Positions 17,386 to 24,890 of a stretch of 24,890 nt of DNA are shown here, piece by piece. The stretch's first letter is position 1, and each line of letters opens with the position of its first letter. The notes under the pieces are model-generated. The model was not told where the DNA came from. It ran no database searches and saw only the letters and a program-made list of their open reading frames with translations. The translations under genes and the position numbers were made by a program. This DNA is from a bacterium (lineage in GTDB: Bacteria > Eisenbacteria > RBG-16-71-46): assembly GCA_043779265.1 (NCBI GenBank), contig JAYWEM010000070.1:1-24890 (forward strand), given 5' to 3'.

Positions 17386-17441
17386 GCCTCGCACGCTAGT
17401 CGAATGAAGCGCGGCCGTGAAGCCCGGACGCAGGTTCGGGA

Positions 17442-18008
17442 TCAGCCGCCCGTTGCGGCGCGCACGCGCTCCGCTTGTGCGAGGTGGCGGTGCGAGTGTT
17501 CGATGAGCACGGCGAAGGCATCGCCCAGCCTCAGCGGCATGATGGGCATGACCGGGGAGTGGAACGAAACGCCGAGATCGTGTCCGTCGGCTTCGCGCAT
17601 CTGGGACTCGATCTGCGTCAGGCTGGCGAGGAACGCCTCGATCACGCCGCCCCGGACCTTGCGGTCCACGTTGAGCGAGCGGATCGTCGGGAATCGCAGG
17701 CCATTGTCCTCCCGGAGCGCCGAGAGCAGGAGGCCGCCGAGCAGGCTCGGCACGTACGGGCGAGAGGGCGGTTTGCGCGAGCGCGCCTTGGCGATCACGC
17801 TGGGCAGAGTCCGGTCGAGATAGAGCGTGTGAGTGAGGCAGAGGTGCTCGAACACCTCGTCGATGCTCCAGCCTCCGCCGGGGGGCCGGGTGGCGAGCCG
17901 CTCGGGGGAGAGTCCCGAGATCAGGGCGCGCACGCGCGGCTCGATGGCGGCGAGGCGCTCGTGGAATCGATCGAGGCTGTGGTCCTCGAAGGAGGAAGCA
18001 GAGGTCAT
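17442..18008 (-). CDS. DinB/YfiT family protein (188 aa)
   Basis: RPPGGGWSIDEVFEHL and HSHRHLAQ metal-binding His triad; GGAG RBS. Confidence 0.9.
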   Translation of the reverse strand: MTSASSFEDHSLDRFHERLAAIEPRVRALISGLSPERLATRPPGGGWSIDEVFEHLCLTHTLYLDRTLPSVIAKARSRKPPSRPYVPSLLGGLLLSALREDNGLRFPTIRSLNVDRKVRGGVIEAFLASLTQIESQMREADGHDLGVSFHSPVMPIMPLRLGDAFAVLIEHSHRHLAQAERVRAATGG

Positions 18009-18071
18009 CGCGTTCTCCGGGGCGTCGGAGTCGGTGGGCGGCGGGGCCCAGCCGAGGGAAGAATCCCCAGA

Positions 18072-18101
18072 TTGCCAGCCCTTGCCGCCCTCGGCTAGTG
18101 T
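18072..18101 (+). promoter_or_regulatory. Putative sigma70 promoter TTGCCA-N18-TAGTGT
   Basis: Near-consensus -35 and TAnnnT -10 in the divergent intergenic region, about 95 nt upstream of GTG 18196. Confidence 0.45.
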
Positions 18102-18195
18102 CCGCGCCCTGCCCGCGCTCTGTGCGGCCCCGCCCTTCGCTGATTCCAAGGACCTCGACCGGGTCCCTGCCTCCCGATTCGAAAGGAGCGCCTCG

Positions 18196-18873
18196 GTGCT
18201 CGCATCCATCCGTCCTCTCTCGCGTCTCGCCCTGGCGCTCATGGCGACGTTCGTGCTCGCCGCGCCGGCTCTGGCGCAAGACGACGACGCCAAGGCCTCG
18301 GCCGACTCGGCCAAGGCCGCCCGCGAGATCAAACCCGTCGAGAAGTCCTTCGAGGAGCAGAAGAAGGAGGACGGCCTCTGGGTCAAGCGCGGTAACTGGA
18401 TCGGCGTGCGCGCCGGATACGCCAACCGTGGCGGCGGTAACTCGGGCGACGGCCTGTTCGGCTACGGCGTCAGCTTCCAGCGCATGCTGACGCGGCATCA
18501 CAGCATCAACGCCTCGGTGCAGCACGATGTCGTGGGGCATCTCGGGAACAGCTACGAGTACGACATCCCGATGACGCTCGAGTTCCAGCGTCATTACCGC
18601 ATGTCCTCGCAGCTTCGTCCGTTCATCGGACTGGGCGGCGGGTATCACTGGCGCAAGTTCTATCGCACGCCCGCTGACTACGGCGGCGCACCGGTCTCCG
18701 GCTGGCACTTCTCTCTCGGCGCCAACACGCCGCTCGATGATCGGCATGTGCTCGGGTTCGAGACGCGTGTCGCGATCGTGCCCGGCCGTGGCACCGTGAA
18801 TCCCGTGTTCGGTCTCGACGATACCCAGAGCACGCTTTGGAGCGCCAAGCTCACGTGGGCCATCGGCTACTGA
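18196..18873 (+). CDS. Outer-membrane beta-barrel protein (225 aa)
   Basis: AAAGGAG RBS at 18182-18188, signal peptide ending ALA-Q, strands including RPFIGLGGG, and an aromatic C-terminus KLTWAIGY. Confidence 0.83.
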   Translation: MLASIRPLSRLALALMATFVLAAPALAQDDDAKASADSAKAAREIKPVEKSFEEQKKEDGLWVKRGNWIGVRAGYANRGGGNSGDGLFGYGVSFQRMLTRHHSINASVQHDVVGHLGNSYEYDIPMTLEFQRHYRMSSQLRPFIGLGGGYHWRKFYRTPADYGGAPVSGWHFSLGANTPLDDRHVLGFETRVAIVPGRGTVNPVFGLDDTQSTLWSAKLTWAIGY

Positions 18874-18882
18874 CGCCGCTCG

Positions 18883-19395
18883 ATGAAGTCACTCGCGGAT
18901 GCTGCCGGGCGTGAATGGATCTGGAGTCGCCCTCGCATCCTGACGAGGCGATGGGAGCTGAAGGCCGGTGATGATGTGCTGGCCACGCTCGATTCGCTTG
19001 GACTCCTCGGCGGAGGCGCGAAGGCCTCGACGGCGACCGGTCGCTGGCGTCTGCATCACGTCGGCCTGTTGCGGGGACGGCTCGAGGTGCTGGACGAGGC
19101 GGGCACCGAGGTGGTGGCCACGTTCCGGCCCGGCTGGTTCGGCGCCGGGACGCTCGAGTGGGGGCGTCGCCGCCTTCGCTGGCATCGAGACGACTTCTGG
19201 GGCCGGCGCTGGGAGTTCGTGGATGAGAATGGGCTCTCGCTCGTGGCGTTCACGAGGCGCCCCGCGTTCGTTCGATCCACCACGACGGTCGAGCCGACCG
19301 AGGCGGGCCGAGGGTGCGCCGAACTGCCCCTCCTGGTGGCGCTCGGATTCCAGCTGCTGCTGGTGATGCAGCGACAGGCGCACGCCGGGAAGTAG
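18883..19395 (+). CDS. Hypothetical Trp/Arg-rich beta protein (170 aa), possibly LURP-one/tubby-like
   Basis: Starts 9 bp after the upstream stop. Short beta-strand pattern followed by a C-terminal hydrophobic helix (LPLLVALGFQLLLVM). Confidence 0.7.
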   Translation: MKSLADAAGREWIWSRPRILTRRWELKAGDDVLATLDSLGLLGGGAKASTATGRWRLHHVGLLRGRLEVLDEAGTEVVATFRPGWFGAGTLEWGRRRLRWHRDDFWGRRWEFVDENGLSLVAFTRRPAFVRSTTTVEPTEAGRGCAELPLLVALGFQLLLVMQRQAHAGK

Positions 19396-19417
19396 CCGAG
19401 GGGCGGTCAGAAGCGGC

Positions 19418-20446
19418 TCAGGCCTTCGTCGTACCCGCGCTCGCGCGCTGCAGCAGCAGGATCTGCCAGAGGTCCTGCCGACTCGTGCGCCGCAGCGGCA
19501 GGATCGCGAGGCAGCCGGTCGTGCCGACGGTGCGCTCGAGGAACTTCATCTCCACGAGATTCGCGCGAACGGACTCGTCGACCTCGACCTCCACGCCCGC
19601 GGCGCGGGCGATCAGCATGCCCTTGGCGCGCAGCGAGAGCTCGAGGTGGATAGTGAGCAGGCACAGCAGATCGGCGACCACGATCGGGTCGAAGCGAGAG
19701 CGCAGCGTCTCGAGGTAGTGACCGACCGGCGTCTCGGCGACCTCGCCGTCGAGGATCATCTCGAGCATCTCCATCTCACCGTCGAAGCCGCTCGAGAGCC
19801 AGTCGCGCGTGGCGCGCTCGCTGTACTCGAAGGCCGCCAGCAGCAGGATCGGCCCTGCCGCCAATAGGATCGCGGTGGTGACGAGCGGGGAGGAGTTCAT
19901 CTGGTTGAAGGTCGCGTGGACGATGATGGCGAATAGCAGACCGGGCACATACGCCAGCACCCCCGAAGCGGGGAAGCGATCCGAGAGTCCCTTGGCGAAG
20001 ATGGCGAACAGCGCAGTGGCGGTGCCGTGCATGATGGCGGTGCCGAGGCCGCGCACCAGCCACAGCACGAGCGAGGGGTCGCGCAGCGCGTTCGCGTAGT
20101 AGACGTTCTCCGCGAGCGCGAATCCGGTGCCGATGGCGAATCCGAGCACGGCGGCATCGACCACGAATCCGACACGATTGCGACTCACGAGCCAGGCGAC
20201 GAGCACTGCCTTGAGCAGCTCCTCGATGATCGGCGCCGCCCATGCGCGCAGGACACCCGGCGGGACATGGATCTCGTCGAGCAGCCAGCGATTGACGAGG
20301 AAAGCGAGCAGGGCTGCGACGACTCCGCCGACCAACGTCAGGATCAGCGCGCGGCGCTGCACCAGCTTGTAGCTGTCCATCAGCCGCAGTCCGAGCAGGA
20401 AGGCGATGACGGGGACGAATCCGGCGATCAGACTCCAAGCGTTCAT
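19418..20446 (-). CDS. prsW: PrsW-family glutamic-type intramembrane protease with a ~125-aa C-terminal extension (342 aa)
   Basis: All four family motifs are present: APIIEELLK, GFALAEN, MHGTAT and HATFN. Multiple TM helices. ATG overlaps the upstream stop (TGATG, 20444-20448). Confidence 0.9.
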   Translation of the reverse strand: MNAWSLIAGFVPVIAFLLGLRLMDSYKLVQRRALILTLVGGVVAALLAFLVNRWLLDEIHVPPGVLRAWAAPIIEELLKAVLVAWLVSRNRVGFVVDAAVLGFAIGTGFALAENVYYANALRDPSLVLWLVRGLGTAIMHGTATALFAIFAKGLSDRFPASGVLAYVPGLLFAIIVHATFNQMNSSPLVTTAILLAAGPILLLAAFEYSERATRDWLSSGFDGEMEMLEMILDGEVAETPVGHYLETLRSRFDPIVVADLLCLLTIHLELSLRAKGMLIARAAGVEVEVDESVRANLVEMKFLERTVGTTGCLAILPLRRTSRQDLWQILLLQRASAGTTKA

Positions 20447-23421
20447 CAGAGAATCTTGAGCGAGACCATCCATTCACGCGAGGGTTTTTCGCGAAGCTCG
20501 AAACTCTCCGCGAAACCGAGCGATAACGTGAGCTGGGCCTGCGTCAGGAGCTGGAAGCGCACGTCCACCTGCGCGCCGGCGTTAGCCAGCTTGCGCCGTG
20601 TCGGGGCGTTCCCGAGATCGGTCGCGAGTGCTCCGCCGAACAGGGAGAATCGCGCCCAACTCGCGTAGAGGGCCAGCGTGCCGGCGCGCCGGAAGCGGAT
20701 CGCAGGCAGATTCCAATCGAGCATCGCGCGAGCGAAGTCGGTTCCCGAGATGGCGTCGAGGTCGGTGCCGGGAAAGCTGTAAGGGTCGCGGTAGCGTTTG
20801 GGGTCCTTGCGATCCAGCCAGTTGTTGCCGAACCCGCCGAAGTAGAAGTTGGCGAACGGCTCGCCGCGTTCGCCCGTGGCGGCGCCGGCCGCCGTGCGCA
20901 GCCAGATCGACGAGTTGCGCAGCCCGGGAACGGGGTGGCCGATCGAGACGCCGCCATCGACGAACGGGTAGCCACGCCAGGCCACGTCGCCGTTCTGCAC
21001 TCCGCGCACGCCGTTCTGGCGCACGCCCGCCCACACCTCGACCCCGCGCACGAAGTCAGGAGCTCCCATCGACGTGCGGAGGTTCTTGTAGTGCAGCTCG
21101 GATCCGCCCGAGAGGAGTTGATCGAACCCGGCGGAGGGCTCGACGTTCTGGTGGTCCGGCAGCCGCTGCAATCCGCCCCAGTGATTCGCCTCGATCGACC
21201 ACTCGAGCGAGCGCGGGTTGTCGCGCACCAGTGTCCGACTCCACGACACCGAGCTGCCGTAGCCCTTGCGGCTCGACTTGGTGGGACCGACGAGGTCGTA
21301 GAACGAAGCGGGATTCAAACGGAACGCCAGCGCGAGATCGAATCGCTTGTAGCGCGCCGTCAGATGCAGGCGCTCGCTCTCGCTCAAGCCGTCCTGCGGC
21401 GTGTAGGACGCGCTGAGTCCGAACTCATGGAAGAACATCGGGTCGGAGAAGTCGGCGTGCCAGCCGATCGCGACATGGTCCTTGTACGCCTCGACGATCG
21501 GATAGGCGTTGGTCATCGAGACGCGGCTCAGCGGCCGATAGGGCTGCGGGGCCGACCTCACCGGGTCGAGCTGGATCGAGGAGGGCGGCGGCACGGTCCA
21601 ACTCTTGAGCACGGGGCGGCGTTCCACCAGCCGTTCACCGAGGAACGCGATCGAACTCACCTCGCTCAGCACCTTCGGCAGGATGCGCGCGGGGCGGAAC
21701 CCCTGGCCGCTGAAGTGGAACACGATCAGCGAGTCCTCGCCGGTCGGCACCGGGCGGAAGAACCCGGTCTCGGCATTGGAGACCACCTCCATCGAGTCGC
21801 GGTCGAGGTCGTAGCGGAAGATGTTGGAGACGCCCGTGTAGTACGAACTGCCGAATAGTTGCCGGCCCGAGGGTGAGAACGTGAAGCCGGCCGGGAGGGC
21901 GGTGCCGAAGTCCCACAGCGTGCGCGACGTGGTGTCCCCGTCGGCCAGCGCTCCGGTGTTGAGGAGGCGCAGGGTCTGCCGGCCGCTGATCTCGGCGAAC
22001 GATGCCGCGAGCGTGCTGCCGTCCGGGGAGACGTCGAGGTCGTAGGCATCGAGGCCGTAGGGCAGCGCCCACACGAGCCGCCAGCGATCGTAGGGCGCGG
22101 CGAGCCGCACCAGCGCCGAGATGCCGTTCAGATGCCGAACACCCCAGATGGCCTTGGTCGCGCGGTCGAACACGAGGTCGCCGATCCGCGCGTCGCGGAT
22201 GAGCAGCCGATCGCGACCGGTGCCGAGGTCGTATTCGCGCAGGTCCCGCCAGTCGTTGTTGTCGGTCGTGTAGTAGAGCTTGCGCGCATCGGGGTCGAAC
22301 GCCAGCGACGTGACGAAGTAGAGCGCCGGGCCCTTCACCTCCTGCAGCACCTTCTCCGGTCCGCCATCGAGTGGGATCGAGGCGAGATGGGCGAGCGAGC
22401 CCTGATGGAACACCGCCGCCAGCAGCGAGCGATCGGTGCTGTCGACAAAGGCGCGCGAGACCGAGCCGAGTGCCAGCGGCGAGAGATCGCGTGTCGGTGT
22501 CGTCGGGTGCTGGCGGACGGCCTCGAGGTTGGCGCGCTGGAAGTCGCGCTCGAAGCGGATCCAATCGGCCCACGCCTCGGAGAGCGGCTTGCCGAACACG
22601 TGCCGGAACTGGTGCGCGAAGTAGCGCTTGCTCCCCTCGGGGCGGCCGACCCACTCGATCAGCTTCTCCGGCGAATACTCCCACGCGAGGTAGTTCATGA
22701 AGCGCGTGCCGTAGAGATACGAGTTCGCGCCCACCTGGAAGTCGACGCGCGTGCCCTCGGACTCGAGGCCCAGCGGATCGTAGAAGTGCGCGCTGTCGCG
22801 CACCATCGCGCGGAACACCATCTCGTCGTAAGGGCCCTGGGCGCGGCCGATGCCGCCGGCCATCCAGGTCTCGAGGAACACCGCGATGCCCTCGTGGTAC
22901 CAGCGCGGCGCCGCGCGGCGCGGCAGCACGAGATGGCTGTAGAGGATGGTCTCGGGGTGCTCGCTCGTCTCGCGCACCTTGCCGCGGAAGAACCCGCGGT
23001 AGACGCGGTCGGCGCCGCCCGGGCCGTCGAGCGCCAGCACGTGCACGACCTCGTGGTTCATCGTGAAGTTGATGCGCTCGTTCGAGGGTCCGGTCTCGTA
23101 CACGAAGCTCGAGGGCGCGATGTGGATCACCATGCTGTTGCGCGGGTTCACCCAGACGCCGGCGTTGCCGTAGTCCGTGAAGTCATCGAGCATCACGTTC
23201 ACGGGGTCCGAGGGCGTGTAACCCCACAGCCTCTTGTGGAAGCGCATGCTGTTCTCGAAGCAGCGCGCGGTATAGGGCGCGAGGTACGAGAGCAGGGGCG
23301 TCGGGTACATGAGTCGGAGGTCGTCGGTCTCGATGACCTCGATCTGGGCCTGCGACGGCGTCGCGATCGACAGCAACGCGATGACCAGGAGCAGCGCGGA
23401 CCGACGGATCGTGCGGAACAT
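20446..23421 (-). CDS. Exported multidomain protein: gluzincin (peptidase MA-like) domain, TolB/WD40-like beta-propeller and Omp85-like C-terminal beta-barrel (991 aa)
   Basis: GGAGG RBS and signal peptide ending SQA-Q. HEVVH-x49-E (PRWYHEGIA). Propeller blades LAFDPDARKLYY, LDVSPDGSTLAA and FTFSPSGRQLFG. C-terminal amphipathic strands with FYFGG. Confidence 0.82.
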   Translation of the reverse strand: MFRTIRRSALLLVIALLSIATPSQAQIEVIETDDLRLMYPTPLLSYLAPYTARCFENSMRFHKRLWGYTPSDPVNVMLDDFTDYGNAGVWVNPRNSMVIHIAPSSFVYETGPSNERINFTMNHEVVHVLALDGPGGADRVYRGFFRGKVRETSEHPETILYSHLVLPRRAAPRWYHEGIAVFLETWMAGGIGRAQGPYDEMVFRAMVRDSAHFYDPLGLESEGTRVDFQVGANSYLYGTRFMNYLAWEYSPEKLIEWVGRPEGSKRYFAHQFRHVFGKPLSEAWADWIRFERDFQRANLEAVRQHPTTPTRDLSPLALGSVSRAFVDSTDRSLLAAVFHQGSLAHLASIPLDGGPEKVLQEVKGPALYFVTSLAFDPDARKLYYTTDNNDWRDLREYDLGTGRDRLLIRDARIGDLVFDRATKAIWGVRHLNGISALVRLAAPYDRWRLVWALPYGLDAYDLDVSPDGSTLAASFAEISGRQTLRLLNTGALADGDTTSRTLWDFGTALPAGFTFSPSGRQLFGSSYYTGVSNIFRYDLDRDSMEVVSNAETGFFRPVPTGEDSLIVFHFSGQGFRPARILPKVLSEVSSIAFLGERLVERRPVLKSWTVPPPSSIQLDPVRSAPQPYRPLSRVSMTNAYPIVEAYKDHVAIGWHADFSDPMFFHEFGLSASYTPQDGLSESERLHLTARYKRFDLALAFRLNPASFYDLVGPTKSSRKGYGSSVSWSRTLVRDNPRSLEWSIEANHWGGLQRLPDHQNVEPSAGFDQLLSGGSELHYKNLRTSMGAPDFVRGVEVWAGVRQNGVRGVQNGDVAWRGYPFVDGGVSIGHPVPGLRNSSIWLRTAAGAATGERGEPFANFYFGGFGNNWLDRKDPKRYRDPYSFPGTDLDAISGTDFARAMLDWNLPAIRFRRAGTLALYASWARFSLFGGALATDLGNAPTRRKLANAGAQVDVRFQLLTQAQLTLSLGFAESFELREKPSREWMVSLKIL

Positions 23422-23449
23422 CGCGGGCGGCCTCCGGTGGAACGACGAC

Positions 23450-23485
23450 GCGCGGACCCGGGGCTCGAAAGCCTCGGGTCCGCGC
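23450..23485 (-). terminator. Strong intergenic stem-loop (16-position stem, UUCG loop on the minus strand), attenuator or mRNA stabiliser
   Basis: Minus strand GCGCGGACCCGAGGCT-TTCG-AGCCCCGGGTCCGCGC: 15 of 16 positions pair. No downstream U-tract. Confidence 0.7.
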
Positions 23486-23525
23486 TGTTCAGAGACGTCC
23501 GGGGGTCCGGTCGTCCCGCATCGCA

Positions 23526-24890
23526 CTACTGCGTGTTGAAGCGACCCGCGTCGATCATCCGGGCCAGATCGCGGAAGCGAGCCGACGCATCCACGAACCG
23601 CGCCATCTCGCTGGCACGCGCCATCGCATCCGCACTCAAGCCCAGTTCGCGAGCCCGCGCCGACGCCTCGACGTTCTTGGCGACGTCACTGACGAGCGAC
23701 AGATCACGCGCCTTGCGAGCCAGATCCGCGATGCGCGCCGAGAGGTCGGTGGCCAGTTTGGTGTCCTTCGAGCGAGCCAGCGCATCGGCCATCTTCGCGA
23801 GATCCATCGCCTTGGCGTTGGCATCCGTCAGCTTGGCCGCTTCGGTCGCCTTGGCGAGCTCATTGGCGTGGGCCGCCAGATCGGAGACACGCGCCTCGAC
23901 CACCGACATGCGAGCGCCGTCCGACACACGCGCCATGGCATCCACCGCACGGCCGAGCATCTTGGCACGGGCCGCGACGTCCACGTTCAGTGCGAAGTCC
24001 TTGGAGCGCGCCAGGGCGTCCGCCTGCTTCGCCAGATCGATGACGCGAGCCTCGGCTTCCGCCGCCTTGCCGTAGAACTTCACACGCGCCATCGCATCCG
24101 CGCTCTTGGCGAGGTCACGGGCACGAGCGGCGGCATCCACCATTTTGGCCGCATCGGCCGCGAGGGCGAGGTCGTTGGAGCGTGCGGCCACTTCAGCAGC
24201 ACGAGCGCTGGTGACGTGGGCACGCGAGGCATCCGAGAAGCGGGCGAGCGCATCGTTGCAACGCGACAGCTCACGCGCCTTCGCCGCGAGTTCCTCGCTC
24301 TTGGCGACATCCGCCGAGTACGCGAGCGCGTCGATCTGCTTGGCCAGGTCGAGCACGGCCTTCTCGGCATCGACCATGCGGCCGTTGTCGATGTGACGCC
24401 AGCGCTCGGCCTCGGTCATCTTGGCCGCATCCTTCTGACGCTCGACCTCGGCCATCTTCGCCGGGTCGGTGTAGCGGCGACGCTCGACCTCGGTCATCAG
24501 GCCGAAGTCCTTCGACTTGGCGAGTGCCTCGGCGGACAGTGCGAGATCACGGGCCTTGGCGCCGACCTCGATCATCTTGGCGGCTTCGGCCGAGAGTGCG
24601 AGATCCTGGGCGGCGCGAGCCACGTCGACCGCACGGGCCTGTGCCTCGGCGTAGCGATCGAGGCCGCCGTCGATGACGGCCTTGCGGAACTCGGCGTCGG
24701 TCTGCATGCGGCGGAACAGGTCGCTCTGGATGAACGCCTGGGTCTGCGCGTCACTGAGTTCGACGTCGTTGGCGCCGATCTGCTGCGCCTGGTAGCGCTT
24801 GGCAGCGCCGATCGATCCTTCGGTGCCATTGGGCGGGTAGCCGAGGATGCCCTTCCAGGCGAGGAAACCAACGGCACCTGCCAGGACGAC
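23526..24890 (-). CDS. Membrane-anchored low-complexity Ala/Asp/Lys/Arg helical repeat protein (at least 454 aa; start is outside the window)
   Basis: Frame stays open to the window edge: VVLAGAVGFLAWKGILGYPPNGTEGSIGAAKRYQAQQIGANDVELSDAQTQAFIQSDLFRR, then the listed 393 aa of degenerate repeats. Confidence 0.85.
   Translation of the reverse strand, partial: VVLAGAVGFLAWKGILGYPPNGTEGSIGAAKRYQAQQIGANDVELSDAQTQAFIQSDLFRRMQTDAEFRKAVIDGGLDRYAEAQARAVDVARAAQDLALSAEAAKMIEVGAKARDLALSAEALAKSKDFGLMTEVERRRYTDPAKMAEVERQKDAAKMTEAERWRHIDNGRMVDAEKAVLDLAKQIDALAYSADVAKSEELAAKARELSRCNDALARFSDASRAHVTSARAAEVAARSNDLALAADAAKMVDAAARARDLAKSADAMARVKFYGKAAEAEARVIDLAKQADALARSKDFALNVDVAARAKMLGRAVDAMARVSDGARMSVVEARVSDLAAHANELAKATEAAKLTDANAKAMDLAKMADALARSKDTKLATDLSARIADLARKARDLSLVSDVAKNVEASARARELGLSADAMARASEMARFVDASARFRDLARMIDAGRFNTQ
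23540..24650 (-). repeat. Degenerate coding repeat: 6-7 aa units [D/E]-[A/L/V]-A-[K/R/L]-x-x nested in ~35-aa super-repeats
   Basis: Examples: QDLALSAEAAKMIEVGAKARDLALSAEALAKSKD; NDLALAADAAKMVDAAARARDLAKSADAMAR; NELAKATEAAKLTDANAKAMDLAKMADALARSKD; RDLSLVSDVAKNVEASARARELGLSADAMAR. Confidence 0.8.

Noticed and set aside
1638..23526. Longer N-termini in the ORF track (starts at 1638, 3440, 4592, 6178, 9849, 14977, 15303, 16178, 17833, 18425, 18747, 20473, 23526)
   Set aside because: They overlap neighbouring genes or run through intergenic DNA. Downstream starts have an RBS, signal peptide or stop-start coupling.
22132..24075. 647-aa plus-strand ORF with repetitive RARA/SA text
   Set aside because: Mirror of the minus-strand barrel and repeat genes.
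23540..24650. Repeats as a CRISPR array or VNTR
   Set aside because: No identical nucleotide repeats with spacers; the similarity is at protein level inside an open frame.
1..24890. Mobile elements, prophage or defence genes
   Set aside because: No transposase, integrase, phage structural or nuclease motifs seen, and no obvious compositional break.

Overview
Very GC-rich (roughly 70% by eye) chromosomal window from a diderm bacterium, judged from lipoproteins, beta-barrels, DsbD and a Tat signal. It holds 21 supportable CDSs; no rRNA, tRNA, CRISPR array or mobile element was seen. Left to right: (1) a thiol-redox operon of a YyaL/SPATA20-like protein (5' truncated), DsbD and a small zinc-ribbon membrane protein; (2) a small outer-membrane beta-barrel; (3) a secreted twin retropepsin + PDZ protease coupled to a 748-aa multi-module lipoprotein; (4) a secreted helical protein and a DUF3078-like protein, divergent across a ~480-bp intergenic region with several nested hairpins; (5) an H-NOX + H-NOXA hybrid histidine kinase pair behind a sigma28-like promoter; (6) a tightly coupled minus-strand run of DinB, lipoprotein, Eis-like acetyltransferase, thioesterase, a small Tat-signal protein and an amidase; (7) a second beta-barrel and a hypothetical protein; (8) a minus-strand three-gene module. 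That module is the best candidate for an undescribed system: a membrane-anchored Ala/Asp/Lys/Arg repeat protein, a UUCG-loop hairpin, a gluzincin peptidase/beta-propeller/Omp85-like barrel fusion, and a PrsW intramembrane protease with a C-terminal extension. All family calls are from motif recognition by eye; no database search was run. Most long alternative-frame ORFs in the track are high-GC shadow ORFs.
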